Part shown: positions 50,351-64,000 of the stretch, one piece after another
How positions within the stretch are numbered: position 1 is the first letter of the stretch
Layout: every line of letters starts with the position of its first letter
Assembly: GCA_964016885.1 (NCBI GenBank)
Contig: OZ024741.1
Coordinates: 94,612,001-94,676,000 of the forward strand
Direction of reading: 5' to 3'
Length of the DNA: 64,000 nt
Source: Eledone cirrhosa
Lineage: Eukaryota
Position numbers and translations under genes: made by a program
The notes under the pieces: model-generated
Told to the model about the DNA's origin: nothing
Database searches by the model: none
What the model saw: the letters and a program-made list of their open reading frames with translations, nothing else

Positions 50351-50517
50351 ATGGTAATATTTTTAGAGCATCACATAGCAATGCCATTGCAGTATTTGTA
50401 CTGGCTCTTTACATTGTGAGTTCAAATCCCAGCCAGGCAAGGACTGGGCTGCATTTAATCAACTTTGTCTTTCTCCCAAATCTGCAGACATTGTGCTTAA
50501 TTTAGAAATCAATCATT
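50350..50517 (+). mobile_element. Old, internally deleted family-1 SINE between arrays B and C
   Basis: TTAGAGCA..ATGCCATTGCAGTATTTG..GAGTTCAAATCC B-box and tail TTGTGCTTAATTTAGAAATCAAT parallel the copy at 2024-2227. Confidence 0.7.
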
Positions 50518-50522
50518 TTGTT

Positions 50523-53500
50523 GGTGGTGGTGGTAGTGATGGTGGTGGTGATGGAGGAAGTGGAGGTGGTGATGGCAGTGATGGTGGTGGTGGTGGTGGT
50601 GGTAGTGATGGTGGTGGTGATGGAGGAAGTGGAGGTGGTGATGGCAGTGATGGTGGTGGTGGTGGTGGTGGTAGTGATGGTGGTGGTGATGGAGGAAGTG
50701 GAGGTGGTGATGGCAGTGATGGTGGTGGTGGTGGTGGTGGTAGTGATGGTGGTGGTGATGGAGGAAGTGGAGGTGGTGATGGCAGTGATGGTGGTGGTGG
50801 TGGTGGTGGTGGTGGTGATGGAGGAATTGGAGGTGGTGATGGCAGTGATGGTGGTGGTAGTGATGGTGGTGGTGATGGAGGAAGTGGAGGTGGTGATGGC
50901 AGTGATGGTGGGGGTGATTACAGTGATGGTGGTGGTGATGGAGGAAGTGGAGGTGGTGATGGCAGTGATGGTGAGGTTGATGGAGGTAGTGATGGTGCTG
51001 GTGATGGAGGAAGTGGAGGTGGTGATGGCAGTGATGGTGGGGGTGATGGAGGTAGTGATGGTGGTGGTGATGGAGGAAGTGGAGGTGGTGATGGCAGTGA
51101 TGGTGGGGGTGATGGCAGTGATGGTGGTGGTGATGGAGGTAGTGGAGGTGGTGATGGCAGTGATGGTGGGGTTGATGGAGGTAGTGATGGTGCTGGTGAT
51201 GGAGGAGGTGATGGTGGTGATGGCAGTGATGGTGGGGGTGATGGAGGTAGTGATGGTGCTGGTGATGGAGGAGGTGATGGTGGTGATGGCAGTGATGGTG
51301 GTGGTGATGGAGGAAGTGGAGGTGGTGATGGCAGTGATGGTGGGGGTGATGGAGGAAGTGGAGGTGGTGATGGCAGTTATGGTGGGGGTGATGACAGTGA
51401 TGGTGGTGGTGATGGAGGAAGTGGAGGTGGTGATGGCAGTGATGGTGGGGGTGATGACAGTGATGGTGGTGGTGATGGAGGAAGTGGAGGTGGTGATGGC
51501 AGTGGTGGTGGGGGTGATGGAGGTAGTGATGGTGGTGGTGATGGAGGAAGTGGAGGTGGTGATGGCAGTGATGGTGGGGGTGATGGCAGTGATGGTGGTG
51601 GTGATGGAGGAAGTGGAGGTGGTGATGGCAGTTATGGTGGGGGTGATGACAGTGATGGTGGTGGTGATGGAGGAAGTGGAGGTGGTGATGGCAGTGATGG
51701 TGGGGGTGATGACAGTGATGGTGGTGGTGATGGAGGAAGTGGAGGTGGTGATGGCAGTGGTGGTGGGGGTGATGGAGGTAGTGATGGTGGTGGTGATGGA
51801 GGAAGTGGAGGTGGTGATGGCAGTGATGGTGGGGGTGATGGCAGTGATGGTGGTGGTGATGGAGGTAGTGGAGGTGGTGATGGCAGTGGTGGTGGGGGTG
51901 ATGGAGGTAGTGATGGTGGTGGTGATGGAGGAAGTGGAGGTGGTGATGGCAGTGATGGTGGGGTTGATGGAGGTAGTGATGGTGCTGGTGATGGAGGAGG
52001 TGATGGTGGTGATGGCAGTGATGGTGGGGGTGATGGAGGTAGTGATGGTGCTGGTGATGGAGGAGGTGATGGTGGTGATGGCAGTGATGGTGGTGGTGAT
52101 GGAGGAAGTGGAGGTGGTGATGGCAGTGATGGTGGGGGTGATGGAGGTAGTGATGGTGGTGGTGATGGGGGAAGTGGAGGTGGTGATGGCAGTGATGGTG
52201 GGGGTGATGACAGTGATGGTGGTGGTGATGGAGGAAGTGGTGGTGGTGATGGCAGTGATGGTGGGGGTGATGACAGTGATGGTGGTGGTGATGGAGGAGG
52301 TGGAGGTGGTGATGGCAGTGATGGTGGGGGTGATGACAGTGATGGTGGTGGTGATGGAGGAAGTGGAGGTGGTGATGGCAGTGATGGTGGGGGTGATGAC
52401 AGTGATGGTGGTGGTGATGGAGGAGGTGGAGGTGGTGATGGCAGTGATGGTGGGGGTGATGACAGTGATGGTGGTGGTGATGGAGGAAGTGGAGGTGGTG
52501 ATGGCAGTGATGGTGGGGGTGATTACAGTGATGGTGGTGGTGATGGAGGAAGTGGAGGTGGTGATGGCAGTGATGGTGGGGGTGATGACAGTGATGGTGG
52601 TGGTGATGGAGGAGGTGGAGGTGGTGATGGCAGTGATGGTGGGGGTGATGACAGTGATGGTGGTGGTGATGGAGGAAGTGGAGGTGATGATGGCAGTGAT
52701 GGTGGGGGTGATGGAGGTAGTGATGGTGGTGGTGATGGAGGAAGTGGAGGTGGTGATGGCAGTGATGGTGGGGGTGATGACAGTGATGGTGGTGGTGATG
52801 GAGGAAGTGGAGGTGGTGATGGCAGTGATGGTGGGGGTGATGACAGTGATGGTGCTGGTGATGGAGGAAGTGGAGGGGGTGATGACAGTGATGGTGGGGG
52901 TGATGACAGTGATGGTGCTGGTGATGGAGGAAGTGGAGGTGGTGATGGCAGTGATGGTGGGGGTGATGGAGGTAGTGATGGTGGTGGTGATGGAGGAAGT
53001 GGAGGTGGTGATGGCAGTGATGGTGGGGGTGATGACAGTGATGGTGGTGGTGATGGAGGAAGTGGAGGTGGTGATGGCAGTGATGGTGGGGGTGATGACA
53101 GTGATGGTGCTGGTGATGGAGGAAGTGGAGGTGGTGATGGCAGTGATGGTGGGGGTGATGGAGGTAGTGATGGTGGTGGTGATGGAGGAAGTGGAGGTGG
53201 TGATGGCAGTGATGGTGGGGGTGATGGAGGTAGTGATGGTGGTGGTGATGGAGGAAGTGGAGATGGTGATGACAGTGATGGTGGTGGTGATGGAGGTAGT
53301 GATGGTGGTGGTGATGGAGGAAGTGGAGGTGGTGATGGCAGTGATGGTGGGGGTGATGGAGGTAGTGATGGTGGTGGTGATGGAGGAAGTGGAGATGGTG
53401 ATGGCAGTGATGGTGGGGGTGATGACAGTGATGGTGGTGGTGATGGAGGAAGTGGAGGTGGTGATGGCAGTGATGGTGGGGGTGATGACAGTGATGGTGG

Positions 53501-56500
53501 TGGTGATGGAGGAAGTGGAGGTGGTGATGGCAGTGATGGTGGGGGTGATGACAGTGATGGTGCTGGTGATGGAGGAAGTGGAGGGGGTGATGACAGTGAT
53601 GGTGGGGGTGATGACAGTGATGGTGCTGGTGATGGAGGAAGTGGAGGTGGTGATGGCAGTGATGGTGGGGGTGATGACAGTGATGGTGGTGGTGATGGAG
53701 GAAGTGGAGGTGGTGATGGCAGTGATGGTGGGGTGATGACAGTGATAGTGGTGGTGATGGAAGAAGTGGAGGTGGTGATGGCAGTGATGGTGGGGGTGAT
53801 GACAGTGATGGTGGGGGTGATAGAGGAAGTGGAGGTGGTGATGGCAGTGATGGTGGTGGTGATGACAGTGATGGTGGTGGTGATGGAGGTAGTGATGGTG
53901 GTGGTGATGGAGGAAGTGATGGTGGTGGTGATGGAGGAAGTGGAGGTGGTGATGGCAGTGATGGTGTGGGTGATGACAGTGATGGTGGGGGTGATGGAGG
54001 AAGTGGAGGTGGTGATGGCAGTGATGGTGAGGGTGATGACAGTGATGGTGGGGGTGATGGAGGAAATGGAGGTGGTGATGGCCGTGATGGTGGGGGTGAT
54101 GGAGGTAGTGATGGTGGTGGTGATGGAGGAAGTGGAGGTGGTGATGGCAGTGATGGTGGGGGTGATGACAGTGATGGTGGTGGTGATGGCAGTGATGGTG
54201 GGGGTGATGACAGTGATGGTGGTGGTGATGGAGGAAATGGAGGTGGTGATGGCAGTGATGGTGGGGGTGATGGAGGTAGTGATGGTGGTGGTGATGGAGG
54301 AAGTGGAGGTGGTGATGGCAGTGATGGTGGGGGTGATGACAGTGATGGTGGTGGTGATGGCAGTGATGGTGGGGGTGATGACAGTGATGGTGGTGGTGAT
54401 GGAGGAAGTGGAGGTGGTGATGGCAGTGATGGTGGGGGTGATGACAGTGATGGTGGTGGTGATGGAGGAAGTGGAGGTGGTGATGGCAGTGATGGTGGGG
54501 GTGATGGAGGTAGTGATGGTGGTGGTGATGGAGGAAGTGGAGGTGGTGATGGCAGTGTTGGTGGGGGTGATGGAGGTAGTGATGGTGGTGGTGATGGAGG
54601 AAGTGGAGGTGGTGATGGCAGTGATGGTGGGGGTGATTACAGTGATGGTGGTGGTGATGGAGGAAGTGGAGGTGGTGATGGCAGTGATGGTGGGGGTGAT
54701 GGAGGTAGTGATGGTGGTGGTGATGGAGGAAGCGGAGGTGGTGATGGCAGTGATGGTGGGGGTGATGACAGTGATGGTGCTGGTGATGGAGGAAGCGGAG
54801 GTGGTGATGGCAGTGATGGTGGGGGTGATGACAGTGATGGTGCTGGTGATGGAGGAAGCGGAGGTGGTGATGGCAGTGATGGTGGGGGTGATGACAGTGA
54901 TGGTGGTGGTGATGGAGGAAGTGGAGATGGTGATGGCAGTGATGGTGGGGGTGATGACAGTGATGGTGGGGGTGATGGAGGAAGTGGAGGTGGTGATGGC
55001 AGTGATGGTGGGGGTGATGACAGTGATGGTGGTGGTGATGGAGGAAGTGGAGGTGGTGATGGCAGTGATGGTGGGGTTGATGGAGGTAGTGATGGTGCTG
55101 GTGATGGAGGAGGTGATGGTGGTGATGGCAGTGATGGTGGGGGTGATGGAGGTAGTGATGGTGGTGGTGATGGAGGAAGTGGAGGTGGTGATGGCAGTGA
55201 TGGTGGGGGTGATGGAGGTAGTGATGGTGCTGGTGATGGAGGAGGTGATGGTGGTGATGGCAGTGATGGTGGGGGTGATGACAGTGATGGTGGTGGTGAT
55301 GGAGGAAGTGGAGGTGGTGAGGGCAGTGATGGTGGGGGTGATGACAGTGATGGTGGTGGTGATGGAGGAAGTGGAGGTGGTGATGGCAGTGATGGTGGGG
55401 GTGATGACAGTGATGGTGCTGGAGATGGAGGAAGTGGAGATGGTGATGGCAGTGATGGTGGGGGTGATGACAGTGATGGTGGTGGTGATGGAGGAAGTGG
55501 AGGTGGTGATGGCAGTGGTGGTGGGGGTGATGGAGGTAGTGATGGTGGTGGTGATGGAGGAAGTGGAGGTGGTGATGGCAGTGATGGTGGGGGTGATGAC
55601 AGTGATGGTGGTGGTGATGGAGGAAGTGGAGGTGGTGATGGCAGTGGTGGTAGTGGTGATGGAGGTAGTGATGGTGGTGGTGATGGAGGAAGTGGAGGTG
55701 GTGATGGCAGTGATGGTGGGGGTGATGGAGGTAGTGATGGTGGTGGTGATGGAGGAAGTGGAGGTGGTGATGGCAGTGATGGTGGGGGTGATGGAGGTAG
55801 TGATGGTGGTGGTGATGGAGGAAGTGGAGGTGGTGATGGCAGTGATGGTGGGGGTGATGGAGGTAGTGATGGAGGAAGTGGAGGTGGTGATGGCAGTGAT
55901 GGTGGGGGTGATGGAGGAAGTGGAGGTGGTGATGGCAGTGATGGTGGGGGTGATGACAGTGATGGTGGGGGTGATGGAGGAAGTGGAGGTGGTGATGGCA
56001 GTGATGGTGGGGGTGATGGAGGTAGTGATGGTGGTGGTGATGGAGGAAGTGGAGGTGGTGATGGCAGTGATGGTGGGGGTGATGGAGGTAGTGATGGTGG
56101 TGGTGATGGAGGAAGTGGCGGTGGTGATGGCAGTGATGGTGGGGGTGATGGAGGTAGTGATGGAGGAAGTGGAGGTGGTGATGGCAGTGATGGTGGGGGA
56201 GATGACAGTGATGGTGGTGGTGATGGAGGAAGTGGAGGTGCTGATGGCAGTGATGGTGGGGGTGATGGAGGTAGTGATGGTGATGGTGATGGAGGTGCTG
56301 ATGGCAGTGATGGTGGGGGTGATGACAGTGATAGTGGTTGTGATGGAGGAAGTGGAGGTGGTGATGGCAGTGATGGTGGGGGTGATGGAGGTAGTGATGG
56401 TGGTGGTGATGGAGGAAGTGGAGGTGGTGATGGCAGTGATGGTGGGGGTGATGACAGTGATGGTGCTGGTGATGGAGGAAGTGGAGGTGGTGATGGCAGT

Positions 56501-59500
56501 GATGGTGGGGGTGATGACAGTGATGGTGGTGGTGATGGAGGAAGTGGTGGTGGTGATGGCAGTGATGGTAGGGGTGATGGAGGTAGTGATGGTGGTGGTG
56601 ATGGAGGAAGTGGAGGTGGTGAGGGCAGTGATGGTGGGGGTGATTACAGTGATGGTGGTGCTGATGGAGGAAGTGGAGGTGGTGATGGCAGTGATGGTGG
56701 GGGTGATGGAGGTAGTGATGGTGGTGGTGATGGAGGAAGCGGAGGTGGTGATGGCAGTGATGGTGGGGGTGATGACAGTGATGGTGCTGGTGATGGAGGA
56801 AGCGGAGGTGGTGATGGCAGTGATGGTGGGGGTGATGACAGTGATGGTGCTGGTGATGGAGGAAGCGGAGGTGGTGATGGCAGTGATGGTGGGGGTGATG
56901 ACAGTGATGGTGGTGGTGATGGAGGAAGTGGAGATGGTGATGGCAGTGATGGTGGGGGTGATGACAGTGATGGTGGGGGTGATGGAGGAAGTGGAGGTGG
57001 TGATGGCAGTGATGGTGGGGGTGATGACAGTGATGGTGGTGGTGATGGAGGAAGTGGAGGTGGTGATGGCAGTGATGGTGGGGTTGATGGAGGTAGTGAT
57101 GGTGCTGGTGATGGAGGAGGTGATGGTGGTGATGGCAGTGATGGTGGGGGTGATGGAGGTAGTGATGGTGGTGGTGATGGAGGAAGTGGAGGTGCTGATG
57201 GCAGTGATGGTGGGGGTGATGGAGGTAGTGATGGTGCTGGTGATGGAGGAGGTGATGGTGGTGATGGCAGTGATGGTGGGGGTGATGACAGTGATGGTGG
57301 TGGTGATGGAGGAAGTGGAGGTGGTGAGGGCAGTGATGGTGGGGGTGATGACAGTGATGGTGGTGGTGATGGAGGAAGTGGAGGTGGTGATGGCAGTGAT
57401 GGTGGGGGTGATGACAGTGATGGTGCTGGAGATGGAGGAAGTGGAGATGGTGATGGCAGTGATGGTGGGGGTGATGACAGTGATGGTGGTGGTGATGGAG
57501 GAAGTGGAGGTGGTGATGGCAGTGGTGGTGGGGGTGATGGAGGTAGTGATGGTGGTGGTGATGGAGGAAGTGGAGGTGGTGATGGCAGTGATGGTGGGGG
57601 TGATGACAGTGATGGTGGTGGTGATGGAGGAAGTGGTGGTGGTGATGGCAGTGATGGTGGGGGTGATGGAGGTAGTGATGGTGGTGGTGATGGAGGAAGT
57701 GGAGGTGGTGATGGCAGTGATGGTGGGGGTGATGGAGGTAGTGATGGTGGTGGTGATGGAGGAAGTGGAGGTGCTGATGGCAGTGATGGTGGGGGTGATG
57801 GAGGTAGTGATGGTGGTGGTGATGGAGGAAGTGGAGGTGGTGATGGTAGTGATGGTGGGGGTGATGACAGTGATGGTGGGGGTGATGGAGGTAGTGATGG
57901 TGGTGGTGGAGGAAGTGGAGGTGGTGATGGCAGTGATGGTGGGGGTGATGGAGATAGTGATGGTGGTGGTGATGGAGGAAGTGGAGATGGTGATGGCAGT
58001 GATGGTGGGGGTGATGACAGTGATGGTGGGGGTGATGGAGGTAGTGATGGTGGTGGTGATGGAGGAAGTGGAGGTGGTGATGGCAGTGATGGTGGGGGTG
58101 ATGGAGGTAGTGATGGTGGTGGTGATGGAGGAAGTGGAGGTGGTGATGGCAGTGATGGTGGGGGTGATGGAGGTAGTGATGGTGGGGGTGATGGAGGAAG
58201 TGGAGGTGGTGATGGCAGTGATGGTGGGGGTGATGACAGTGATGGTGGGGGTGATGGAGGAAGTGGAGGTGGTGATGGCAGTGATGGTGGGGGTGATGGA
58301 GGTAGTGATGGTGGTGGTGATGGAGGAAGTGGAGGTGGTGATGGCAGTGATGGTGGGGGTGATGGAGGTAGTGATGGTGGTGGTGATGGAGGAAGTGGCG
58401 GTGGTGATGGCAGTGATGGTGGGGGTGATGGAGGTAGTGATGGAGGAAGTGGAGGTGGTGATGGCAGTGATGGTGGGGGAGATGACAGTGATGGTGGTGG
58501 TGATGGAGGAAGTGGAGGTGCTGATGGCAGTGATGGTGGGGGTGATGGAGGTAGTGATGGTGATGGTGATGGAGGTGCTGATGGCAGTGATGGTGGGGGT
58601 GATGACAGTGATAGTGGTTGTGATGGAGGAAGTGGAGGTGGTGATGGCAGTGATGGTGGGGGTGATGGAGGTAGTGATGGTGGTGGTGATGGAGGAAGTG
58701 GAGGTGGTGATGGCAGTGATGGTGGGGGTGATGACAGTGATGGTGCTGGTGATGGAGGAAGTGGAGGTGGTGATGGCAGTGATGGTGGGGGTGATGACAG
58801 TGATGGTGGTGGTGATGGAGGAAGTGGTGGTGGTGATGGCAGTGATGGTAGGGGTGATGGAGGTAGTGATGGTGGTGGTGATGGAGGAAGTGGAGGTGGT
58901 GAGGGCAGTGATGGTGGGGGTGATTACAGTGATGGTGGTGCTGATGGAGGAAGTGGAGGTGGTGATGGCAGTGATGGTGGGGGTGATGACAGTGATGGTG
59001 GTGGTGATGGAGGAGGTGGAGGTGGTGATGGCAGTGATGGTGGGGGTGATGACAGTGATGGTGGTGGTGATGGAGGAAGTGGAGGTGGTGATGGCAGTGA
59101 TGGTGGGGGTGATGGAGGTAGTGATGGTGGTGGTGATGGAGGAAGTGATGGTGGTGGTGATGGAGGAAGTGGAGGTGGTAATGGGAGTGATGGTGGGGGT
59201 GATGACAGTGATGGTGCTGGTGATGGAGGAAGTGGAGGTGGTGATGGCAGTGATGGTGGGGGTGATGACAGTGATGGTGCTGGTGATGGAGGAAGAGGAA
59301 GGGGTGATGACAGTGATGGTGGGGGTGATGACAGTGATGGTGCTGGTGATGGAGGAAGTGGAGGTGGTGATGGCAGTGATGGTGGGGGTGATGACAGTGA
59401 TGGTGGTGGTGATGGAGGAAGTGGAGGTGGTGATGGCAGTGATGGTGGGGATGATGACAGTGATGGTGGTGGTGATGGAGGAAGTGGAGGTGGTGATGGC

Positions 59501-62500
59501 AGTGATGGTGGGGGTGATGACAGTGATAGTGGTGGTGATGGAAGAAGTGGAGGTGGTGATGGCAGTGATGGTGGGGGTGATGACAGTGATGGTGGGGGTG
59601 ATGGAGGAAGTGGAGGTAGTGATGGCAGTGATGGTGGGGGTGATGGAGGTAGTGATGGTGGTGGTGATGGAGGAAGTGATGGTGGTGGTGATGGAGGAAG
59701 TGGAGGTGGTAATGGCAGTGATGGTGGGGGTGATGACAGTGATGGTGGTGGTGATGGAGGAAGTGGAGGTGGTGATGGCAGTGATGGTGGGGGTGATGGC
59801 AGTGATGGTGGTGGTGATGGAGGAAGTGGAGGTGGTGATGGCAGTGATGGTGGGGGTGATGACAGTGATGGTGGTGGTGATGGAGGAAGTGGAGGTGGTG
59901 ATGGCAGTGATGGTGGGGGTGATGACAGTGATGGTGGTGGTGATGGAGGAAGTGGAGGTGGTGATGACAGTGATGGTGGGGGTGATGACAGTGATGGTGG
60001 TGGTGATGGAGGAAGTGGAGGTGGTGATGGCAGTGATGGTGGGGGTGATGACAGTGATGGTGGTGGTGATGGAGGAAGTGGAGGTGGTGATGACAGTGAT
60101 GGTGGGGGTGATGACAGTGATGGTGGTGGTGATGGAGGAAGTGGAGGTGGTGATGGCAGTGATGGTGGGGGTGATGACAGTGATGGTGGTGGTGATGGAG
60201 GAAGTGGAGGTGGTGATGGCAGTGATGGTGGGGGTGATGGAGGTAGTGATGGTGGTGGTGATGGAGGAAGTGGAGGTGGTGATGGCAGTGATGGTGGGGG
60301 TGATGGAGGTAGTGATGGTGGTGATGATGGAGGAAGTGGAGGTGGTGATGGCAGTGATGGTGGGGGTGATGGAGGTAGTGATGGTGGTGGTGATGGAGGA
60401 AGTGGAGGTGCTGATGGCAGTGATGGTGGGGGTGATGGAGGTAGTGATGGTGGTGGTGATGGAGGAAGTGGAGGTGGTGATGGCAGTGATGGTGGGGGTG
60501 ATGACAGTGATGGTGGGGGTGATGGAGGTAGTGATGGTGGTGGTGATGGAGGAAGTGGAGGTGGTGATGGCAGTGATGGTGGGGGTGATGGAGGTAGTGA
60601 TGGTGGTGGTGATGGAGGAAGTGGAGATGGTGATGGCAGTGATGGTGGGGGTGATGACAGTGATGGTGGGGGTGATGGAGGTAGTGATGGTGGTGGTGAT
60701 GGAGGAAGTGGAGGTGGTGATGGCAGTGATGGTGGGGGTGATGGAGGTAGTGATGGTGGTGGTGATGGAGGAAGTGGAGGTGGTGATGGCAGTGATGGTG
60801 GGGGTGATGGAGGTAGTGATGGAGGAAGTGGAGGTGGTGATGGCAGTGATGGTGGGGGTGATGGAGGAAGTGGAGGTGGTGATGGCAGTGATGGTGGGGG
60901 TGATGACAGTGATGGTGGGGGTGATGGAGGAAGTGGAGGTGGTGATGGCAGTGATGGTGGGGGTGATGGAGGTAGTGATGGTGGTGGTGATGGAGGAAGT
61001 GGAGGTGGTGATGGCAGTGATGGTGGGGGTGATGGAGGTAGTGATGGTGGTGGTGATGGAGGAAGTGGCGGTGGTGATGGCAGTGATGGTGGGGGTGATG
61101 GAGGTAGTGATGGAGGAAGTGGAGGTGGTGATGGCAGTGATGGTGGGGGAGATGACAGTGATGGTGGTGGTGATGGAGGAAGTGGAGGTGCTGATGGCAG
61201 TGATGGTTGGGGTGATGACAGTGATAGTGGTTGTGATGGAGGAAGTGGAGGTGGTGATGGCAGTGATGGTGGGGGTGATGGAGGTAGTGATGGTGGTGGT
61301 GATGGAGGAAGTGGAGGTGGTGATGGCAGTGATGGTGGGGGTGATGACAGTGATGGTGCTGGTGATGGAGGAAGTGGAGGTGGTGATGGCAGTGATGATG
61401 GGGGTGATGGAGGTAGTGATGGTGGTGGTGATGGAGGAAGTGATGGTGGTGGTGATGGAGGAAGTGGAGGTGGTAATGGCAGTGATGGTGGGGGTGATGA
61501 CAGTGATGGTGGTGGTGATGGAGGAAGTGGAGGTGGTGATGGCAGTGATGGTGGGGATGATGACAGTGATGGTGGTGGTGATGGAGGAAGTGGAGGTGGT
61601 GATGGCAGTGACGGTGGGGGTGATGACAGTGATGGTGGGGGTGATGGAGGAAATGGAGGTGGTGATGGCAGTGATGGTGGGGGTGATGACAGTGATGGTG
61701 GGGGTGATGGAGGAAGTGGAGGTGGTGATGGCAGTGATGGTGGGGGTGATGACAGTGATGGTGGTGGTGATGGAGGAAGTGGAGGTGGTGATGACAGTGA
61801 TGGTGGGGGTGATGACAGTGATGGTGGTGGTGATGGAGGAAGTGGAGGTGGTGATGGCAGTGATGGTTGGGGTGATGACAGTGATGGTGCTGGTGATGGA
61901 GGAAGTGGAGGTGGTGATGGCAGTGATGGTGGGGGTGATGACAGTGATGGTGGGGGTGATGGAGGAAGTGGAGGTGGTGATGGCAGTGATGGTGGGGGTG
62001 ATGACAGTGATGGTGGGGGTGATGGAGGAAGTGGAGGTGGTGATGGCAGTGATGGTGGGGGTGATGGAGGTAGTGATGGTGGTGGTGATGGAGGAAGTGG
62101 AGGTGCTGATGGCAGTGATGGTGGGGGTGATGACAGTGATGGTGGTGGTGATGGAGGAAGTGGAGGTGCTGATGGCAGTGATGGTGGGGGTGATGGAGGT
62201 AGTGATGGTGATGACAGTGATGGTGGTGGTGATGGAGGAAGTGGAGGTGGTGATGGCAGTGATGGTGGGGGTGATGACAGTGATGGTGGTGGTGATGGAG
62301 GAAGTGGAGGTGGTGATGACAGTGATGGTGGGGGTGATGACAGTGATGGTGGTGGTGATGGAGGAAGTGGAGGTGGTGATGGCAGTGATGGTGGGGGTGA
62401 TGACAGTGATGGTGGTGGTGATGGAGGAAGTGGAGGTGGTGATGGCAGTGATGGTGGGGGTGATGGAGGTAGTGATGGTGGTGGTGATGGAGGAAGTGGA

Positions 62501-64000
62501 GGTGGTGATGGCAGTGATGGTGGGGGTGATGGAGGTAGTGATGGTGGTGGTGATGGAGGAAGTGGAGGTGCTGATGGCAGTGATGGTGGGGGTGATGGAG
62601 GTAGTGATGGTGGTGGTGATGGAGGAAGTGGAGGTGGTGATGACAGTGATGGTGCTGGTGATGGAGGAAGTGGAGGTGGTGATGGCAGTGATGGTGGGCG
62701 TGATGGAGGTAGTGATGGTGGTGGTGATGGAGGAAGTGGAGGTGGTGATGACAGTGATGGTGCTGGTGATGGAGGAAGTGGAGGTGGTGATGGCAGTGAT
62801 GGTGGGGGTGATGGAGGTAGTGATGGTGGTGGTGATGGAGGAAGTGGAGGTGGTGATGGCAGTGATGGTGGGGGTGATGGAGGTAGTGATGGTGGTGGTG
62901 ATGGAGGAAGTGGAGGTGCTGATGGCAGTGATGGTGGGGGTGATGGAGGTAGTGATGGTGGTGGTGATGGAGGAAGTGGAGGTGGTGATGGCAGTGATGG
63001 TGGGGGTGATGACAGTGATGGTGGGGGTGATGGAGGTAGTGATGGTGATGGTGATGGAGGAAGTGGAGGTGGTGATGGCAGTGATGGTGGGGGTGATGGA
63101 GGTAGTGATGGTGGTGGTGATGGAGGAAGTGGAGATGGTGATGGCAGTGATGGTGGGGGTGATGACAGTGATGGTGGGGGTGATGGAGGTAGTGATGGTG
63201 GTGGTGATGGAGGAAGTGGAGGTGGTGATGGCAGTGATGGTGGGGGTGATGGAGGTAGTGATGGTGGTGGTGATGGAGGAAGTGGAGGTGGTGATGGCAG
63301 TGATGGTGGGGGTGATGGAGGTAGTGATGGAGGAAGTGGAGGTGGTGATGGCAGTGATGGTGGGAGTGATGGAGGAAGTGGAGGTGGTGATGGCAGTGAT
63401 GGTGGGGGTGATGACAGTGATGGTGGGGGTGATGGAGGAAGTGGAGGTGGTGATGGCAGTGATGGTGGGGGTGATGGAGGTAGTGATGGTGGTGGTGATG
63501 GAGGAAGTGGAGGTGCTGATGGCAGTGATGGTGGGGGTGATGGAGGTAGTGATGGTGGTGGTGATGGAGGAAGTGGAGGTGGTGATGGCAGTGATGGTGG
63601 GGGTGATGACAGTGATGGTGGGGGTGATGGAGGTAGTGATGGTGATGGTGATGGAGGAAGTGGAGGTGGTGATGGCAGTGATGGTGGGGGTGATGGAGGT
63701 AGTGATGGTGGTGGTGATGGAGGAAGTGGAGATGGTGATGGCAGTGATGGTGGGGGTGATGACAGTGATGGTGGGGGTGATGGAGGTAGTGATGGTGGTG
63801 GTGATGGAGGAAGTGGAGGTGGTGATGGCAGTGATGGTGGGGGTGATGGAGGTAGTGATGGTGGTGGTGATGGAGGAAGTGGAGGTGGTGATGGCAGTGA
63901 TGGTGGGGGTGATGACAGTGATGGTGGGGGTGATGGAGGAAGTGGAGGTGGTGATGGCAGTGATGGTGGGGGTGATGGAGGTAGTGATGGTGGTGGTGAT
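50523..64000. repeat. Minisatellite array C: 63/66-bp unit GATGGAGGAAGTGGAGGTGGT GATGGCAGTGATGGTGGGGGT GATGACAGTGATGGTGGTGGT, roughly 210 units, truncated by window end
   Basis: Directly visible; the third subunit alternates between GAT GAC AGT (21 bp) and GAT GGA GGT AGT (24 bp). Confidence 0.99.

Noticed and set aside
50518-53736. 1,072-aa Val/Met/Glu ORF
   Set aside because: One frame of array C; TTG start; ends only at a single-G homopolymer difference.
10714-64000. CRISPR array
   Set aside because: Constant motifs are separated by GGT runs, not unique spacers; no cas genes; eukaryotic context.

Overview
Eukaryotic (animal) genomic DNA; the interspersed repeats match my recollection of octopus/cephalopod families (inference, not a database result). 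Bases 1-10.7 kb are AT-rich, intron/intergenic-like sequence packed with tRNA-derived SINEs, small non-autonomous DNA transposons (MITEs), microsatellites and short tandem repeats, with only weak candidate exons. About 53 kb (10.7-64 kb) is three consecutive GGT-based minisatellite arrays, all G-rich on the + strand: array A (~34 kb, 25/28/31-bp unit), array B (~4.2 kb, 34/37-bp unit) and array C (>13.4 kb, 63/66-bp unit, runs off the window). The giant His/Pro/Thr and Val/Met/Glu ORFs in the track are best explained as by-products of these repeats. I cannot name any protein-coding gene and cannot support a new biological system; the best leads are the array architecture, splice-like signals in the A/B spacer, and a long Asp/Gly/Ser frame in array C.
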